A DNA stretch of 64,000 bases from Nymphaea colorata (taxonomy: Eukaryota). A model generated the notes under the pieces. The model ran no database searches. It was not told where the DNA came from and saw only the letters and a list, made by a program, of their open reading frames with translations. The position numbers and the translations under genes are program-made. Position 1 is the stretch's first letter, and every line of letters begins with the position of its first letter. The stretch covers positions 37,758,001 through 37,822,000 of the forward strand of contig NC_045138.2 in NCBI RefSeq assembly GCF_008831285.2, given 5' to 3'. This document shows positions 13,221-27,295 of the stretch, piece after piece.

Positions 13221-15541
13221 TTTTGTATCCTAAGATCTTACATCTTGCGATCTCAGAGCTACTGAGTTCAACTGGATTTCATGCTTTGAAAGGTGCATGG
13301 AGTGCAAAGAAATTGATGAATCCATGCATCTTTTAGTGCTTCTGTGGTGCCGCATCAGTTTTGGCTGATATATATTTTGAAGTTACACGTTACGGCTCGT
13401 ATTCCTCTCATTTTTTAACCTTAAAAATTATTTCAAACCTTTTAAATTAATTTAAAAATAAAAATGAAAAGTGAAAACTTGAGACATACCTTAGGGTTCG
13501 GTTGACAAATTAAACACTAGGTATATCCATGAATATAACCTTAGAAATTGGTGCAGAATTTTCCACAACTTTTAAGATAGATTCTGGAAATAGTTTATAC
13601 TTTTTTGTTTGAAAAACAAAATTAATATGTTATTATTTTATGTATATGTTTGAAAAAATAGAGCAGAGTCTCCAATGAATCTAACCAAATTTTTGGGACA
13701 GATGCATAAAACTGTTTTCCCAACAGGACCATAGTAGATCCAAAGCATCAACGCTATCATTTTGCTGACACAGAGTTCATATCAATGACTTATGCGATAT
13801 TATTATAAAAGACAGTGCATTAAATGTTTTTGTTATTCTCACCAACCCATTAAATATTGAAGATTTAGGAAAAAAACATCGGCATTTTGGTGAAATACAG
13901 AAACGCACTTAAGTTTATCCGTTTGCTGAAAGCAATAATAAGTATTGTAATATTACTCTTTAAGTTGATCTTCTATGATAGTAATTATCATTGGATTAGT
14001 TTATGCCGTTCCCATGATGTGCATGGGTTCGATCATTTTGGATCAAATCTGGACTCTCTCTCTCTTGCTAATTGTATCTTGTACTGAATCATTGCAGGCT
14101 GGAGCGACAATGTGATGACCAACTTGCGTCTGTAGGTCGCCTTACCAACAATGTGGTACTGTAATACTGTGAAGCTTCAAGAACAGATCAAACACCCAAA
14201 CATCATGCGCTTGAATGATATTAATATAGCAAATCAGGAGTTTTTGGTTCATGTCGTTCACATTGGCTTATATAAATGTTCCTTATTTTATTATCATTCT
14301 AGCTCTGTCTCTCTCTTTCACTTCATGTGGCTCTTAATTTCACATTGCATTTTCTCAAAACTAACAGAACAACAACAACAAAGATGTGGTTTGACATACA
14401 CCATGTGAAGTTTATCTTCATTAGATTTGGATCGCCATTTTGGTACATCAAATAAGTGAAAACGCAACTACTTTTAAATTTCTTTCACTTAACCGCATGA
14501 ATTGCATGCAAAGTGGTACTTCAAATGAGAGAAATTCGAGATTATGAGTGTGTTTATTTCATAAAATCCATTGATTGAACAAGTGGAGAAGCCCACATGT
14601 AAGAGAGGAGGGGCACATGCCCTCTCTACCTTTCTGAAAACTATATTTAAGGGACATCCATTTATATTTCGGTGCTCGTAATGAAGAATTTGCATGTTAG
14701 TGTTTGTAATCGAAACGTTTAGCTCCAACGATTACCTGACCGCACCTTTGTCGAATAAAAATGAAAATATCAAATATAAAGAGTAAGTGTGCCAACTGTT
14801 TATTCGAAATCAAATGCAACAAACAAAAAAAAAAAAGTGTGCCAACTATTTGTTCGATTCATGTTCGCCCTATAGAGATTTCATGGAAGGTGTAGTGGAG
14901 CTGGCGACACTAAAATTTGGCATTTTTTTCTCCAATCACATGCAAATAGACCTGGGACAAACTAAAACTTCTAAAAATCCTCACTGCAGATAATATAAAC
15001 TATATATATATATATATATATAACTATACATATAAACTATACAAACCCAAATCAGAACTAAAAAACAGGCAAAAGAAAAATCGCCAAGTGGTCCATGCTT
15101 CTTGCTAGAAGCGGAAACAATGATTTGGAAACACAAATTTTAAAAGGGCGTTAGGCAAAGGAGTCGGCGAACCTTTGCTTGTTTAATTGAATGAAAGTAA
15201 GATTGAGGTGTCAAAGAATCGGATTGGACGTGAACTTGGCCATAGCTCCAAATTCTCCGGACAAGAAGGTTTGTAGTTGAAATTCAGATAGTTCCATAGA
15301 ACATGGAGTTGCTCAGAAATTTTCAAGGAAAAACCTTATCTGGATCCAAATTGCGAGCAATATCTGCGGCTGGAAGAGCTAAAATGGACATTGATATTCT
15401 TCCACATCATGGATATTCTTGAAACATTATTCTTTTCTCAGAAGGGAGTGAGTGCTTTAAAACTTTTCGTGAGAGAGATTAAACTGGTTCGATCTAAAAC
15501 GTGGTTTTTCTGAAGAGATTGCTCTAGAGGAAAACTAACCT

Positions 15542-15595
15542 CACCGCCGAACTAAAATGGAGCCACCGCCGAACTAAAATGGGGCCACCGCCGAA
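15542..15595. repeat. About 2.5 copies of a 22-bp tandem repeat upstream of DEP1
   Basis: CACCGCCGAACTAAAATGG(A/G)GC repeated head to tail. Confidence 0.75.
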
Positions 15596-15827
15596 CCTCA
15601 CCAACCTCACCAACCCCTCATTTGTTCGGTCAAAGAGTCGTCTGTCACTAGAGGACGACTGCGGTTGTTGGGCTCCTCTGCATCCATCACCATAATGCTG
15701 CGCAGGATCGTTCCTTTTCGGAGCACCAGCACCACTCCCCTGTAACAAGACTCTCTGGAGCTGCCCAGTGTGATCAGAGAGAGGGAGAGGGGGGAAAGAT
15801 AGCAGATCAATCAAGCAAATTCAATCC

Positions 15828-18800
15828 ATGGGATCGACTGACTTGGCGTTGCTCTCTTCTGAGGCGTACCTCGAGGGCAGGAACGTGAAGGAAGCCAGGG
15901 GCTTAGTTTCTGAGCTCTGCAGGCACTTTTATACCCTTGGGTGGGTCTCCGGAACAGGTGGCAGCATCACCGTAAAGGTCCACGACGATGCCGTGCCTAA
16001 GGACCAGCAACTCTTAGTGATGTCTCCTTCCGGTAATGGTTCTCTTGATGCTAATTGCTATGGAGAGAGATGCCAACATCTGTCTTCTTTTTGCTCTTTC
16101 CTTGGCTTTCACGTCGATTCCTTTGATTGGTTTTTTTTGGGTGGAAGGGAAAGATGGGGTTCCTTTGATTTGTCTTTTGTGAGCGGAGGGGAAATATGGG
16201 GTTGTGGTGGAGTGGGGTGTTTGGTTTCGTATGGAGTGATGAATTCTTTGGAAGGATATCAGAATTGTTACGTTTCCCGTTCTTTTTTGCTTCTATTTTT
16301 CTTTGGTTGTTTCTTCGTTCTTTTTGCTTGTTTGTTCGCTGGATTGCCGTGAGATGACTTCTCTGTGGGGGTTATAGAATTGCTGTAACAGCAATAGACT
16401 TATGAACTTTCACTAACTACTGATGGGAGATTCTTCTTGTCTCCTGTTTTTCTTCTTCTTGTTGTTGCCCCTTCTTGTTCTCATGCTCTTGTTGTTCGGC
16501 ATTGGCAGAAGGAGAATTTTGTGTACTGAATTTTCTAAGTAATTGGAAAACAAAGAGGTTTATGCAAAGCATAAAAGGAAATTTCTGGGGAGAAAACAGA
16601 AAGTTGCATTCATGGTTTGTCGGTTGGCTGCTCTGACTTCTGAATTCAATGATAATCTTTGATGAACTTAATCTGTAACTGTTCCAAATCGGTTGGCTTT
16701 TTGTGTTATTATCGTACAAAGAAACCATTGGGGTCAAGGAAGATAAAGTTAAAAGCAGCACGTCTCAAGCTTGTATTTTACGTGCTGTCGGTAGCATTCA
16801 GCAAAAAGGAATCTTAGTGGCTAATTTTCATTTGCAGGAGTTCAGAAGGAAAGAATGGTTCCCGAGGATATGTATGTACTATCTGCAGACGGTTCTTTCT
16901 TGTCAACGCCTTCTCAAAAGCCCTACCCGCATAAACCACCGAAATGCAGTGAATGTGCACCTCTGTTCATGAAGGCATGTTTCTTTTACTCAACCCCATT
17001 GTGCGCTTTTTGCATCTTAGAAATAAATACAAGTTTAGCTCCCACCCACTCTCTCTTTAGGCGCCAAAATATTTGCTCTTTATTAGTCTCGAACCTGTAC
17101 CGTTTCTGTTTTGTTCATTACTTCTGGATGGAGAGAAAATAAAATATTTTTTAATTACTATTTTGTAGGTCTTCCCATCCACAGCTTTTTTTTTTTTTTT
17201 GCCGAGAAGTTACTTTTCACTTACTAAATGGTGGAAGTGCGCACCATGAATTGCAAAGCAGAGATGGAGATGCACACATCCATGCATGTAATACAGATCA
17301 TGTTTGAGCATCATGGGCACTTGCACATACATAATGAAAGCACACATACACATATCTCTGTCTACTCATGAGTCGTGAAAATGCAATAAAGAAGAAAAAC
17401 ATGCTGTTTTATCGCTCTTAATACTGTAGTATATGCACTCTTAGCAGTTGTTTTAGTAACAGTATTATGTTCATGTTTTATCTGAAATAATATGGTTTCA
17501 TGACTACTAACTGGAGATCATACTATCAATTCAGGCTTATCAAATGCGTAATGCTGGAGCTGTAATTCACAGCCATGGAATAGAATGTGTTCTTGCAACC
17601 TTGCTTCATCCTTCTGCAAAGGAGTTCCGGGTGATTATTTGAACTTTGCTTGATTTTTAGACAGGAAATTGAAGTGTATCCTTGTCCATTTTCTACTGTT
17701 ATCTACTAATGTTTCTGTAAACTAAAGCAATTTTTTGCAAAAGATATGGTTTCTTAAATTCCTAAAGTTTGAGATATTTGGTTGGCTTTGATCTAGCTTT
17801 GGCTTGATAAATTTTTTATTGTTTAGTGATCTCATTTTCATGTAATCAAAGTGACATAAAGAGAAACCAAGGATGAGGATGCATATTTTGAATTTCAAAT
17901 TGTTAAATCTAAAGGATTTAAATCATTCTCCTTGCCAATTTGAAATTTGCACCAAAGAGTATCTTAATAGAATGAGAAACACTCTAGTGGGAGTTGCCTT
18001 TGTACCTTTGTTACAATAACTAAGTCTTCTTGGATAGCAGTGTAGTTGAAGGAAGTCATACGAGAAACAGCATACCTGGACCTCTTACATGTATTGAACT
18101 TGCTCTGTTTGCTAAGAATGGAAGATCTTAAAAAGAAATTTTGCAGACAAGGGTATAGGTATCTGTTAATGATCTAGTCATTTAGTCTAGAAAGTCACGA
18201 GTTCATTTTGTCCATCTTGACAAGTCCACACCCAAGTGAGTCCATATGATTTCTAACTCAATCCAAGAAGGGAATGTTTCAGGTGACATCTGATAAATTC
18301 CTTGTATTTGTCGTGCACATACTTGATCAAAATTGATCTGGCTAAAATCTGAGCAATCAAGAACTTGAACTGCGTTTGGAAAGGAGAAGTCCTTTTAAAT
18401 TTTTTATAATTTTCCAACTCCTGGCTTTTGATTTTTGTCTCATTTTGAAAACCTGACATGTATCAAATTGGCACTGCACTTGTTAATCTTTTACACGGTC
18501 AATGATGAAGAACACACCTACAGTTAAATAATTAAATTCCAAATTTAAAAAGAGAAAAAAAATCCCTTGATGATCTTCAGTTTGTATGGGAGATTAATTA
18601 AGTTTCTGGCTGCATATTTAATGCTTTTGTGCATGTTACTGATACTGTGATGCTGCTTCTGCAGATAACTCACATGGAAATGATAAAGGGAATTCAAGGG
18701 CATGGATATTATGATGAGCTTGTGATCCCAATAGTTGAGAACACTGCTCGTGAAGGAGAGCTGACAGATTCTCTTGCTGAAGCTGTAAGTTTGTCCGAGC

Positions 18801-21800
18801 CTGTAAAAAGTGAAAAATGAAGAGGAGTCTTGGGGGCTAACTGCTAAGTCAATATTTGGAAATTGTTCATAAGATGCCATAAGCCTATTTTGAAGTGTCT
18901 AATGCAGATGGAGTGTCAACACTTTTCACTTTTGAAGTGTTGAGTGCATCATAATGAGTGTCTGGCACTTGGTATGCTCTATTAAATGCATCCAACAGCC
19001 TTTGACACTTCAAAGTTCAGAGTTCAAACTAAGATATATAAGCAAGAGTTGTCAAGAAGTACCTGTGATTTGTCAATCACAAGTTTCCATGGTCATGCTG
19101 GACATATGAAACATTTAGTTAACATAGATCAGAAGCAAACTCAAAATATCTCTTTTGGTCTCGCTTATGATGTGAGGTCTAATGGAATTTATGAAGATAT
19201 CTTGTGGCTTCAATCACTTTTTACCCAATTTCTGGAGGATTACCTTAGGTTTCCTTTTATATTTATATTAATATAGTATGGTGATTTCACTGCATACCAG
19301 ATTGCAGCTTATCCAAAAGCAACTGCTGTGCTTGTACGCAACCATGGGATATATGTTTGGGGAGACTCCTGGATCAGTGCCAAAACTCAGGTTTGTTCTA
19401 CTGTGACACTGTCTGTCTGTTTGGCAATTGACTTCTGCTTTCAATGGTATTAGTACTGGAAATCATCCTTTGTATGATAAGACTGGCTTTATGTTGGATA
19501 TCTTGTAAAATTCCTGATGATGGTTGTACTTGCTATCCCTTTAACTAGTACCTGCAATATAATTTTGCAGCATGAGATTGTTATGTGATTATGTTTTGGT
19601 ATTAGGAGCCTGACATTTTCTCTTTTTGTTGGTTTGTTTCAAACAATAAACTTTTCAGTCGTTCATAAAATAGCTGCATTGTTTTTATTTTCTGATCATG
19701 CCTAAAGTTTAGGACAAGGCCTTCTATTTCACTATTCTTGCCATGTTTGCACATAGAGTTGTCTCATACAGACGGCCCTTGGCCAAGTGAAACTATGTCT
19801 AGACTGAGAATGTAAAACAATGAGGACCACCGTCGAATGCGTTCAGCCACTAGAATATGTAGTAGCAGTTAGGTAGGTGCATCAGATGGCATTCGTGGTA
19901 ACCTCCAGTTACTAAAAACTAACAGACGTCCCTTGGCCAAGTGAAACTATGTCTAGACTGAGAATGTGAAACAATGAGGACCACTGTCGAATGCGTTCAG
20001 CCACTAGAATATGTAGTAGCAGTTAGGTAGGTGCATCAGATGGCATTCGTGGTAACCTCCAGTTACTAAAAGCTAACAGACGTCCCTTGGCCAAGTGAAA
20101 CTATGTCTAGACTGAGAATGTGAAACAATGAGGACCACTGTCGAATGCGTTCAGCCACTAGAATATGTAGTAGCAGTTAGGTAGGTGCATCAGATGGCAT
20201 TCGTGGTAACCTCCAGTTACTAAAAACTAACACCATGAGCTGCATTGCACTAGTATTTACAGCGCTATTGCCTATTGGACCTATGAAGATTCCTGGGGAG
20301 CGATGGTAACTTCTAACCTTCATCTTTGTAAAAGTTTTATGTACCTGGGAACTTAGTTCTGGTAATGATCCTCACGTGTGGCTGTCAACCAAATTCAGAG
20401 TGTCGAGTCTGTTGACTCTATCTATAAAGGTTTTCCTAGTAAGTGGTGAGTTTTTGTTTGCAAGGAGTGGTAACCATACATTGTCCTCATACAAGGATGT
20501 TACATCCTATCTAACTGAAAATCCTATTTCAATCAATGTATCTTCTCCACCGGATAATAAAAAGTCATTTCTAACCAATGGGCAAGTTACATTTCCTATT
20601 TCTTGACTATACCTACCAAATCTATGTTGAAATTGAATAAGAAAAAAAACTCCGGCCTTGTGAAGTAAATTGTCCCATGAAGTCCAAGCAATGAACTTGC
20701 ATGCCTGCAGCTGTTAGTTTATTCCTTGACTCTGACTGCTGGTTGGGTGTTGGTTTCTCTCTATTCAGAATTGAGTTGAGTTGTCTAGCTTGCTCATTTT
20801 GACTTTAAGAAAAGACTGCCAGTTAAAAAAGTCTCATTCTTAACAATGTTATTGTCTTTTTCTGTTTCATATTTTGCCTTTTGCTACTTGGAATACTGAT
20901 TGCATGCATAGCTACATAATAAGGCCACTTTTTTGCAAGGGAATTTGGTTTGGCATGCTTTGAGACATTGATTGTTTCCGGGCAGTGGATAGATCAGAGG
21001 CAATTTTTAGAAGTAATATCATACATAGAATGTACTTTTATGGCAGTTTCACGTAATCATGCCTTAGTTATGTTTTTTTCTTTTATTGACATTACCTATT
21101 TGAAAAACTGGATTTCGTTGCTTGCCTTTGAAACTGGATCTTGTCTTTGCAGGCAGAATGCTACCATTATCTCTTTGATGCTGCCTTTAAGCTCCACCAG
21201 ATGGGCCGGGATTGGTCCAGCCCAAGTCATGGTCTAATAAAGGAGCTAGGAACTGTAGCAAGCTATCCCAACCACATGAATGGGCTACAAATGCCAGTTA
21301 AAAGGCACAATGAAGCAGGGAATCCACATTGGGTGAGTGTGCACACATTTTCACGCAACAAGCATACACGTACATGTGTATAGAATGGCCACACTTTCTT
21401 GCTGGCCAGGTTCTTTGTTGAATCTCATTGGGATCCATTCCTTGAGATTATATGTTTTAATTTCTTGGCCTGTGACCATTTTGTGTATTTTGCAGAGCTG
21501 CATTCTGCTTGACATTGAAGGTACAACAACACCAATCTCCTTTGTTGCAGATGTTCTTTTCCCCTATGCACGTCATAACGTGAGGAAACATTTGACCGAC
21601 ACTTATGAGAGCAAAGATACTCAAGAAGATATAAAGCTGTTACGTGCCCAAGTAAGATTTTGTTGCTTCTGTTTGGTTGATCTTGGGCTAGTACATGTTT
21701 ACATAGGGGAAGGGTCATTTTGGTTCATATTTTTATGGTAAATTGGTTAAGCTGCTTCAGACAATTACATCAAATGCTTCTTTTTGTGGATATCTATTTA

Positions 21801-22139
21801 TGCAAAAGCCTGAAGTGTGTTTGTATACCTAGGCTGCGGTTTTTTGAGCATGAATTCCTATTGTTAAAGAATGCCTTTTACTATAGGTTAGCATGTGATT
21901 TCAGTTTCATGTATTTCCAAAGCTTTGCGTGTGATGCAAAGTAGGGCAGACTCATTCTGCTAAAATGATCATAGTTGCTGTTAGTGTGAATGTCTTGATA
22001 AATATCTGAAAGACTATTTCTAGCTAAGACTTTTGGTGTCAGTTCTCAAAAGGCATGATATTTTTTGGTTGAACAAAGAGAAGAAAATGACAATCTTGTT
22101 GGACATAAGAAATGCAAAATGCATGAGACTTGATACATA

Positions 22140-22184
<45 letters not shown>

Positions 22185-24457
22185 GTTAGAAGGCCAAGAA
22201 GATGAATTTAAGATGCGTAATGCTGAATGTATAGGTAACATAGTTTACTGAAAGAGGCAGGGATGATTTGAGGTGTTGATAAAAGTGCATTTAATGGACA
22301 AACATAGAGAAGCTACATGGACCACGCAATGTCCCCTACAACTGAGAAAGATATGGAAGTAGGTCCCTTGATATTCATAGAAGCTATTTTTCTACAGGTA
22401 AAAGAAGATTTAGAGCAAGGAGTTTCAGACTCAGTATCCATACCATCTGAAGATGCGGGGAAAGAGGATGTCATTGACTCTTTGGTCGCCAACGTAGAAG
22501 CAATGATCAAGGCAGACAGGAAAATTACTGCATTGAAGCAGTTGCAGGTACTAACAATAGACACATAGCAACACAAGCATTTGCACGTATGCCTGTATAC
22601 AAGAGACAACATAGATGCACACGCCGTTACATATATGTTTTCTATGCACGTGCATGATGGTGCTGCCAAGTCTTCCAGCTCTTTAATTTGGCTCCAATAT
22701 GCAGGGTCACATATGGAGAACGGGTTATGAGAACAATGAACTGAAAGGGGTATTTTTTGAGGATGTACCTAAAGCTCTTGCTCAATGGCATGCAATGGGT
22801 GTTAAGGTTATTACTTTCACATAGTTATTTGCTTGAATTGATCTTTATGAGCATTTTTTACTTTTGTACATTCTGATGCAGTTAATTCTGGGGAAACTTT
22901 GTTATAGCTGTAATTTGTTGAAGTCTTCTGACTGTTCGTCCTTCTGAAGTCCAAGCAGGAAACACAGCTCAACATGCATTGTTTTCCCTGGGACTCAATT
23001 ACTCGAATAATGTAGGACTTATGACTACACCATCAATCTGATATTTTGAGTTTTTGACGTGAGAGGAATTGCTTATACTGGAAATTGTTTTGGACCAGTG
23101 ATTGAGCCACGTTGTCCTGATCTGGCTTTTTAACATATAGTTCTTTGTTGATCTGCTTCTCATAGGAAGCTTCAAAGTTCAAAGTTTTTGGTCAAACATG
23201 GATTGGTTTACAAACAACTGGTACAGTCTGGTTGACAAACAGGATGCGTTAGAACAAAGCCTTATCCCCTACTGGATACACATTATTGTGGTTTAACTTA
23301 GAATGATCAAAACGGTGAAGTCCAACTGAAAATTAAGCTTGTTTCTGAAAGATGCTACTTGAGCTGGGTATGGGCTTGAGTTTTTTCACATTGTTCTTAG
23401 AGTATTTTCAAATCAACAGTATGTAACAAAGTATATTTTTTTTGCTCACTGCACATTTTTAAGAATGAAAAATGAAACTTTTAGCATGGGCAAGCCAATG
23501 CTGAGTAAGTGTGAAAACCTAATGCAGAAACTTGATCAATTCTTTTTTCTCACCTGTAGTACTATGTTGCCTTACAACTAGCATATTAGTGGTATTTGTG
23601 CCTGTGACACTGCATCATGTGACTTTGCTGTTACACTGCATCAGTCTATATTATTATCCTTCAGATATGTACTAAACATTATCCATTTTTTAGAATTCAT
23701 TTCTCATTTGTCATCTTGAACTTGCCTATATTGGATAATCAACTCGAGTTTTTGGTTTTCTGGGCCAGAACACAACTTTATTCTGACATGTTTTTGCAGA
23801 TCTATATATATTCCAGTGGTAGTAGGGAGGCCCAAAGGCTTATCTTCGGGAAAACTGCATATGGTGACTTGAGGAAATATCTTTGTGGATTCTTTGACAC
23901 TGCAGTGGGGTAGGATATCTTTAGAAGTCTCTTCGTCTGAAATTTCTCTGTCCGCCCCTCCCTTCCTTTCTCTCTCTCTCTCTCTCCCTCTCTCTCTCCC
24001 ACCTGTGTGTGTGTGTGTGTATATATCCTTCCTGTATACCTTGGCAAAATTAAAGAGAGAACTTTCTCCCTTTGCTTTATAGGAGCAAAAGAGAGGCCCG
24101 AAGTTATACAGAAATCTATCAGTCGCTTGGAGTAGACAAACCATCACAGATCTTGTTTGTGACTGATGTCATTCAAGAAGCGGAGGCTGCAAGTTCTGCA
24201 GGTAAATTACAAATAGCAAGTAATACTCTCTTAGAAAAAATAGCTTTGAGCAAGAAAATGGTTGGTTTGAGTGGTTATATTGCGTTTTGACATTATACTC
24301 TAGGATGCCAACATAATCTTCCTAGCATTGTTCCACTGAAACCTTCATTCCTTCACGCCTTCCAGGTTTGGATGTGGTGATCTCAGTGCGGCCAGAAAAT
24401 GCTCCTCTTCCAGAGGGCCACAAGTTCCGGACAATACGATCATTTGAAGAGATCTAA
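15828..24457 (+). CDS. DEP1: Bifunctional methylthioribulose-1-phosphate dehydratase / enolase-phosphatase E1 (Yang cycle, methionine salvage)
   Basis: 12 exons: 15828-16032, 16838-16974, 17535-17630, 18665-18784, 19301-19390, 21153-21332, 21496-21651, 22398-22547, 22705-22806, 23800-23909, 24083-24201, 24366-24457 (518 aa). MtnB-like motifs [33 protein letters not shown]-like MtnC motifs [27 protein letters not shown]. Confidence 0.96.
19768..20232. repeat. Three near-identical 154-bp tandem units in DEP1 intron 5
   Basis: Units start with ACAGACG at 19768, 19922 and 20076; only a few substitutions between copies. Confidence 0.95.
22142..22182. repeat. (TA)n microsatellite
   Basis: Uninterrupted TA run in DEP1 intron 7. 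Confidence 0.9.
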
Positions 24458-25344
24458 TAGCCCAAAGATTGAGCTTCCCTTTTCATGCTTTCATAAGTTA
24501 TGCAGGTGACAACCTTCTGCATGCTTGATAAATCAGAGAGATGGATGCACCATCAAGTGTAGTTGGGTTTCCTTGGTGATAACAATAAAAATGGGTTTAG
24601 CAGTGTGAAAATTTCCAAGTGCCTGAATAATGCTGAGAGCATGACATGAATTCAAGCGTATACGTCACGGAAGTTGTTAACATGTATGCCAATTCTGTAA
24701 TGGATGGAGCAGTATCTGCTTGTGGTTTTGTGGTTGGGACAATATCTTGCTTACGAAACGATTGGAGTTTTTAGGAAGTTGGTTGCTCATATGACCAAGC
24801 ATAATGGCAAAAGTTGGCAATTGGATTTCTCTAGTAATTCGTTTCTTAAAGGCCAGAGTCAGACAGGGCATCTTCCTGTCATATATTAACGTCTATAAAG
24901 TCAAAGAAATTAGGTGGATCTTGTTTCGTGGACCCTCTAAAAATGCTTATGGTCGGTTTTTCGCAGAATCTAGGCGGAATTAGTCAACACGGAAGAATGG
25001 GCAGAAAAGAAAGTGGAAATGGAGGACTCCCAGAAGAGAAGGACAAAAGAAAGATGAATAAATAAATAAACAAACAAGCAAACAAATAAATAAATGTTTG
25101 AGAAGGCTAAAGTATTCAGACTAGCTGCTGTGGCGACGTACCGGGTGTTTGGCTTCGCTTTTTGACCGCAACGAGATTAATCGAAGAAGCAGCCTTACCA
25201 ACCAAATTCCTATCTATCTTCGGCCGATATTTTATCGATTGTTATGGCCCCACACTGTTCATAAATCTAGGAACATCAATTACCAGTCTGACTGAGAAGG
25301 GTAAGGGAGTTCTTTTCAGGTTTAGCAGAATCTGAATTGAAGAC

Positions 25345-25347
<3 letters not shown>

Positions 25348-25409
<62 letters not shown>
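25348..25409. repeat. Compound (CT)n(AT)n microsatellite
   Basis: Directly visible in sequence. Confidence 0.9.
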
Positions 25410-25411
<2 letters not shown>

Positions 25412-27295
25412 GTCCTCCTTTTATGGCATAGAGTAGAACAGGGTGAATGGTTGACATGGTAGGGTGTTTGACAAAGGGGTATGTATAGAGGGTCTACATT
25501 TACTTTCTATAAAATTAATATGATCACTATAAAAAGGACAGTCTACGGCTACCATCCTAAGAACCTAATAATCTTGCCATCTCTTGTTTATGGGGATTAA
25601 ATGAAGAAATAGGTGGAGAGAGAATCAAGACTGTCTCAACCATGAGATGTATATATGTATATAGTAATGAGATCTTGACAACTAACTATACAAAGAGAGA
25701 AAAAGAATGGGGATACAAAGGAATCTGTAATAAGACACTTCTTGGTTGGTTACGGTGCCTTGCTTTCAGGAGAAAAGGTAACGCATACACTGTTCCACGC
25801 ATCCGTTGAGTGTGAAGTAATCGTTTCAGGAACACTAATTTCCAGTCTTGGGTTGCCGTTTCAATTTGCCGCAAGAGTCTTCCCACCTTCCCTGTAACGT
25901 TCTCCCTGATATCGTCCAATCATAATAACAATAATGGCATCTCCCGGCACCCGTCATAAAACACCATCACCATCAGTTTGAGTCTTCCTTGACGGCCATT
26001 AACATGGCGCCTAGTGTAGTGCCGTTGATAATGATCATCATCATCATCATAAATGTGATGTTTGAATTATTAAAAAAATCATTGAATGATGACAATGTGG
26101 AATCACATTTGGAGCGGACATCTGATCAACTATTCCCCGTCTGTCTGCCCACTAGGCTCAAAAATGGTGGCCTTTTCAATCTGATCGACAAGACCCGGAT
26201 CCATATCCTAACATATCGATTTGAGCCTCGACAAACGACAAGATTAGGAGATCCAAAGGTCCCATCCGTCTCCGTTCAGCTTAGTGACGGAAATACCCCT
26301 CCCCAGAATGTTCGATCCTATTCGAGCAAGAGAAATAGCTATAACACAACCAAGGGTCCGATCGTCATTTTATTCGTCCCATATACTTTGTTCTTTTTGC
26401 ACCAACTAATAAATGAAAGTAAAAAGGAAAAAACCAAGTGAGTTGCGAACGGGTCTTATTTGAAACAGTAACGAACCAGATCCGATCCATTACAACCCTT
26501 TTCGATAATTCGTCCCTGAAAGAAAATGCTCGCTTCTTATCATTGTTTTTTGGTCGTTATTAGACGTCTGAGGATCCAAATCAGGATCCACCCAGGCGGG
26601 CCGTTATGATAGAAGTAGCACAACCGCTAGAAGAGGTTTTGGATATTGGAATCGAACCGTCTGACACAGGTTCAATTGGGTCCGAACCCGAACGGAAGAG
26701 GACGAAATCCGACCCGCGCCACCGCATGCATTTAGGGAGGGAGACGACCGTCAATTCGTGGAAAAAACCCTAGCCAAGTGCTAGAGGGAATCTACGCATG
26801 GGAAATGACTATTTTATCCTCGACAGACATTTTTTCACAGCAAGGTCCGACTCCCCGCCACGGACTAACGAGAAGAGATAAGAAGCCGCTTAACAGTAAT
26901 TAAGCGGATACCTAATCGTGATTAAAGGAAGGAGGAGAAGGAGGCGGCGGCACAGCAATGTGAGACTTTACATATAATTAAGTAAATTGATTAATTAAAT
27001 GAAAATCACGAAAGGAAGAAGAAGAAGCAGAAGAAGAGTGGAAGAAGGTTTAGATTATGATGAGAAAAATCGAAGAAAATTTCGACCTCTCGATCAACAC
27101 CACCATAATATCTCATAATTCAAATCACAGAAATGGAAAATCAAGAGAAAAGAGAAAAAGAGGGAAAAGGGGAGGAAAGAAAGTGGAGACGGAGGAGAAA
27201 GAGAAGAATTTGTACAATTGAATCAAAAGCATCGCCTTCTTCCGATCGATCGATCAGCGGATACACAGACGCGTGGCGGTCCGACAGCTTTCTCC

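Noticed and set aside
19768..20232. Regular repeats as a CRISPR-like array
   Set aside because: Plant intron, whole units repeat with no unique spacers, no cas genes.
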